Shown: positions 59,331 through 64,000 of the stretch, piece after piece
Layout of the letters: the number at the start of each line of letters is the position of its first letter
Position numbering within the stretch: position 1 is the stretch's first letter
Assembly: GCA_907165135.1 (NCBI GenBank)
Contig: OU015570.1
Span: forward strand, 2,005,929-2,069,928
Length of the DNA stretch: 64,000 bases
Direction of reading: 5' to 3'
Source of the DNA: Oikopleura dioica
Lineage: Eukaryota > Animalia > Chordata
Translations under genes and position numbers: made by a program
The notes under the pieces: model-generated
What the model was told of the DNA's origin: nothing
What the model saw: only the letters and a program-made list of their open reading frames with translations
Databases searched by the model: none

Positions 59331-59606
59331 AGTAGTGTTCTAGTGTGATTGATAGAAGCGACATTGATGTGATCAGCTGACCCATTCATAAATAAGAACC
59401 CTCCTTTGAATGCAGCACGCAAATGCTTGTGGATCTTGACACGTATGATTGCCTTTTGTAGGAATTGTAAAGTGCACTTTCGCGCGCATTTTCTGGTAGA
59501 GAACTCAGTAGATTTTAATCCTCGCCTGACTGGCCAATAATTTCATATTGACGTCGATCGAGAATCAAAGGTGAGTCCAAGGTCAATTTACAAACACTAC
59601 GAACAG

Positions 59607-60056
59607 CAGGGTTAGAAATGTAGCAGTGTAGTAATGTAGCAATGTAGCAATTGCTACATTTTTGCTACATGTTGATGTAGCAGGTGTAGCATGTAGCAGC
59701 GTTTAAAAACGTGTAGCAAAGGGTAGCTTGCTACATTGCTACATTTGTCTGGTGGCAAAGATTTTTGGTCACTTTAAGAAAATTCTAGAGCAGATTTGTT
59801 ATTATCGACTCTAAAACAATGCTCATTAGCTAAGAAACAATCTAGTTTGACTTTAAAAATTTGGGAATAAATTCGATTTCGATTACGATTTGGCGTTAAA
59901 TTCGAGGCGATAAAGATTTTTATGTAGCTAGTGTAGCATGTAGCAGCGGTTTTCTTTGAGGGGATGTAGCACGTGTAGCATGTAGCAAGGAATTTTTTGA
60001 GGGATGTAGCAAGTGTAGCATGTAGCAGCAATATATTGCTACATTTCAAACCCTGG
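59607..60056. mobile_element. hAT-type MITE with TGTAGCA subterminal repeats
   Basis: CAGGGTT..AACCCTG TIR; 8-bp TSD ACGAACAG. Confidence 0.85.
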
Positions 60057-60875
60057 ACGAACAGTATCCTTCAATTCTTGATCTTTTCCACGTTTTCGTC
60101 GAATTTGTTTTTCAATAAAACTTATTTGAGGCGAAGGCTACAATTAATTAATATGTTTTATCGATCAAAAACTTACTTTAACAATCAAACGTTTTGAGCA
60201 ATTAGCTGCATCGCAATCATAATATATAGAGCTAGCAGAAGGACTACTAAAACAGAAGCGATAAGCTCGATTATCATCGTCAACAATCAAAGCAGGATGT
60301 TTCCTTCGCGTTTTTACAATGGATTTTATTTGCATTAAATCCATATTTTCTCTTTTCTATTTAATGATTATTTCAAACAAACAATCTCGATCAGATCTAG
60401 AATTCTTACAGAAGAGTATCACGGATTGAAAGAGCTAAGCCGCGTCAAATATTATATTCCTCTCTGATAAATTTTTGTTGAAAAATAGACCCATTTTACG
60501 AATATTATAGCTAGAATGGGTCTCAGACCCATTTTACGAAAATTATAGCTAGAATGGGTCTTAGACCCATTTTACGAAAATTATAGCTAGAATGGGTCTT
60601 AGACCCATTTTACGCATATTATACGAATAATGGGTCCTGGACCCATTTTAGGCATATTATAGAATAATGGGTCTCAGACCCATTCTAATTGCATACTTCC
60701 AGGAAACTGGCACTAAGGATGCTCAACCTAAGATCACCGCAGTCAAAGTTGAACCTGGTCACACCACCGCCACAGCCGACGACGAAGAAGACGACTCCGA
60801 TTCAGTCGAATCGCGCGAATCAAGCGAGCCCGAGCCCGAGGGAGCCCCAATCAAGGACCTTGCCAACTTTTGGAA

Positions 60876-61917
60876 ATGATCAGCAGCAGGAACAACAACA
60901 ACCAAATCGACAACAACAACAACAACCCAACAATAGTAAAAATTTATTCTACAATTTCAACGAGCCAACTGCTTACTCTCGACTCGATATTGCAAAAATG
61001 AAGCGGCGCAATGAAGTGCTTTCTCGCCACAAGCCGCTCGTCAAAAATTTCGGCGAAATCCCGTTGTCGCTACTGGACTCTACACTTGTCTTTATGCTGA
61101 TATAATTGAGGCGTACAAAAACGATGCAGCTGTCAATTCGGGCTATCCATACATTTTGGTGGTGATTGATGGTTTGTCTCGGCAATCGTTTGTACGCCCC
61201 ATGAAAACCAAATCATCGGCCGAATGCGCTCAGCTTTCGGGCGACATATTTTCCACGCTTGATTTACCTGGGCACACCATGTTTATGGCGGATCAGGGAA
61301 ACGAATTCAAGGGGAAGTTGCGCTTCTGCTCGACGACTGGAACATGACGCCCGTAAAGTTAACCGGCGTAAAAGCTGCTCTTGCTGAGCGATACAAGTGC
61401 GTTGAATAATTGATAGTTTTTGCATGCATTTTTAATTTCTTAAATTCAAACGGTAAACTTAAGTCGCACGCTGGAAGATCGTTTGGAGCTCTACTTTGCA
61501 TCGCACAACGGAATTCGCCGCTGGATACATATTCTTCAAGATGTCAACGTCGCTTACAACAATTCTGTTCATAGTGCAATTAATCGTGCCCCCAGTAGCG
61601 TTAATCGTGCAAATGCGCGCGAACTCTTTGACTATCTAGAACTCAAGCGCAAGTACGAAGAGCGTACTGGCAAAAGCTCCAAATATTTTATTGGCGATCT
61701 TGTTCGAATCCCCCTAGATACTTTACCTGCTGCTAAATCAACTCGTTTTAGAAAAGGGGCCCGCGCCAAGTGGACCAAAGAATTGTACGAAATTTTTGAT
61801 ATTCACTTTGGGACTTTTGAGCCAACGTACTCTTTGCGCGGTCCCCAGGGCCAAACTTTGCATCGCCGCTACTATGAACCCGAAATTAATTTTGTTAAAG
61901 ACAAGACTGAAATTTAA
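60876..61917 (+). pseudogene. Maverick/Polinton retroviral-like integrase, with one intron and frameshifts
   Basis: FYADI..NSGYPYILVVIDGLSR..KTKS, MADQGNEF, KAALAERYN/RTL, YNNSVHSAINRAP; 67-nt intron at 61397-61463. Confidence 0.85.
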
Positions 61918-61938
61918 TCATTTTCATTACCTGTAACA

Positions 61939-62253
61939 ATGTCGTAACAATGTTGTAAATGCGAGCTCAAAGTTTATTCAGTCAAGATTGGGGGAATAAT
62001 CGCACTAAATGGCGCGCCGACGAAGGAGCAAGAAGAAGCAATCGCCGATTGCATTCCTTGTGACGACCCGAGGCAAAGTACTGTCTCTCTCGAAACGAGG
62101 AATTGTGTCTCGACCCAAGAAACGACCCAGCACCAAGCGACGAAGGCGAAGATGATTATGCTCGTGGCAATTTTGGTCACCTATATTGTCCTCGTTGTTT
62201 TCCGATTTATTGATTGTGCTCGTATATTGGAATATTTGAAAAAGCTTGTGTAA
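61939..62253 (+). pseudogene. Small Cys-containing membrane protein ORF with a stop at codon 3
   Basis: ATG TCG TAA followed by 101 open codons ending in hydrophobic MIMLVAILVTYIVLVVFRFI. Confidence 0.4.
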
Positions 62254-62279
62254 CCCAGCTGTAATATAATGCGTTTAGA

Positions 62280-64000
62280 ATGGCCAACGAAAATTATGGA
62301 AATCTCATGTTCTTTCGCGGAAGAAAGCGCGAACTAAAAGAAACTCTGGATCCGTACAAGGGCTACAGAGTGGTGTCTCGACTTGCAAAGGATGATTGCC
62401 CGGAAATTTTTCGCTTTGAAGTGCCCGACGACGGGTGTAGGGCGGCTACGTTCGAAATTTCGAACGCCGTTCGAGATTTTTCGAACGCCGTTCGAAAAAT
62501 TTCTGAAATTGCTTATAAAAATGAGCTCGTATGCGCTCCGCGCCTGATTTGTAAGAAAACTCCTTCATAATGATGTCAACTTCATCTACTTACACGATGA
62601 CATTGATTTAAGCTCATTCTTAGGTCAAGATTTTTCGGAAATTTCGAACGCCGTTCGAAAAATGGGCCCAAAACCGATTTCGAACGGGACCGCCCGCCAC
62701 CCCCGACGACAAGCACAGCCTTAAATTATCTCAGTGCATGTTTGGCTGCAATTTTAAAATGCCCTCAAATTATGTACCCGATAATGATATTTTGAGGGGA
62801 AACAACTAAATTTGGTCGAGAATCGGCAACAGTTTGCCACCGAGCTGTGGGAGACGGCCGAGATAAAGCAAAAATTTGTCAAAGAAGACGGTAATGATAT
62901 CTGGATCCCGTATGAGAGACTCTTTCACGAGTACGAAGTTCGGGCTCCGATTATGCACGGCTTGTGCAGACAAGGACGAGTGCTCCCAGCCGGCACGCGG
63001 GTACAAATCGAACTCACCATGAATGAACAATGTTATGCTATTATGCGACATTCCATGTATCAAAAGTGCCGAGCCAAAATGTCCCAGCTCGATCAAGTCA
63101 GAATGCCCCTTCCTGACGAAATTGAAACTTTTGAAAAAATATCGGGGAGCACACGAATTCGGGCCAATGCGATTGCGCTGAAAAATTAAAGGCTAAAAAA
63201 TTAAACGGGTAATTGAAAAGTTCAACCCTGAAGTCTCTCCATACAGCGCCGACGAAGTCAACATCAAGGCAACCGACATCAAAACCAAGGCTGCCAATGG
63301 AACGGATTTAAAATGGTGGCGACCCCACGACATTATCGAAGACATGGTCAAGACAGAAGAAATTGAAGGACAAGAAAACTTTGCCGACGACGAAAAGATG
63401 ATCTACTTTTTCAGGGAAAACAAGCTCAATGCAAAAGAACGACTTAATCCGCGAAACTTTTTGATGGAATCTGTCTTTTGCGATCCAAAACCGATTCCGA
63501 AAGACCAATTTCAACAGGGCGGGATGGTGAATGTGTAATTCCATTTTACTATCCGAAATTCACCCGAAAGACACTTGGAACTGGAATGAGCGAGTACGAC
63601 ATTGAGCTGAGCGCAGGACCTGTTCCCAAAATGATCATCTTTACAGGAATGCCCTATTCTCAAGCTAGTACAATGACATTTGAAAAGTGCATTTCAAAGA
63701 CAACAATGGAGCACCCATCTTTTAAAATTCAAGAATTTACCATTTACATTGACGGGCAGCCTGCATATCGATCTCCTTGGTCAACTGCAACTCAGCACTA
63801 CATCAACTTTATGAAGCACAATGGACGATGGGAGAATGCAGCTACAGCTAGCGGACTCGATTATTTTGTCTTTAAAGGGCAAAATTGGTTGGTGCCGCTC
63901 ATTTTCGACAATGATGGCGAGGGGCAAACGGCACTTGTCACTGCAAAAATCAAATTTGCGGATACGCTTGTGCAACAATGGGATGCAATGATTATGCGAT
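62280..64000 (+). pseudogene. Maverick/Polinton major capsid protein (double jelly-roll), interrupted and running off the window
   Basis: FRFEVP, PIMHGLCRQGRVLPAGTRVQIEL, GPVPKMIIF, FTIYIDGQP, GLDYFVF, KIKFADTL match the Polinton MCP pattern as recalled; next to an rve-type integrase. Confidence 0.75.
62433..62702. mobile_element. MITE inserted in the capsid gene
   Basis: GGGTG..CGTTCGAAAT / ATTTCGAACG..CACCC TIR; 8-9-bp TSD (C)CCGACGAC; removal restores FEVPDDKHSLKL in frame. Confidence 0.8.

Larger units (their letters stand above)
58248..60700 (-). mobile_element. MULE (Mutator-like) DNA transposon
   Basis: ~180-220-bp TIRs; TSD AGGAAACT(G) at 58240-58247/8 and 60701-60708/9; internal MULE transposase. 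Confidence 0.9.

Overview
This is a eukaryotic, transposon-saturated window with no recognisable host housekeeping gene. Very short (37-67 nt) introns, candidate GA-AG/GG-AG introns and env-bearing Ty3/gypsy elements suggest the tunicate Oikopleura (inference). Bases 1.5-26.8 kb are a three-level nest of LTR retrotransposons. The outer element A (minus strand, TG..CA ends, 4-bp TSD) is internally deleted. It holds element B (minus), which has unusual CG..CG ends, an apparent 3-bp TSD, a divergent integrase and a ~4.7-kb cargo of about seven small, mostly spliced genes on both strands, one of them RING-like. B in turn holds element C (plus), an apparently intact gag/pol/env retrovirus-like element whose LTRs look identical. 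The rest of the window contains a shattered second env gene, decayed gypsy elements, a small TA..TA-ended non-autonomous LTR element, intron-containing hAT transposase relics, a Tc1/mariner-like transposase with an atypical DD55D spacing, a tandem hairpin array, many MITEs and a MULE with arrayed TIRs. It ends in a Maverick/Polinton fragment (intron-containing integrase plus major capsid protein). Element B is the best candidate for an undescribed system. All coordinates, translations and counts were done by eye; no database search was run.
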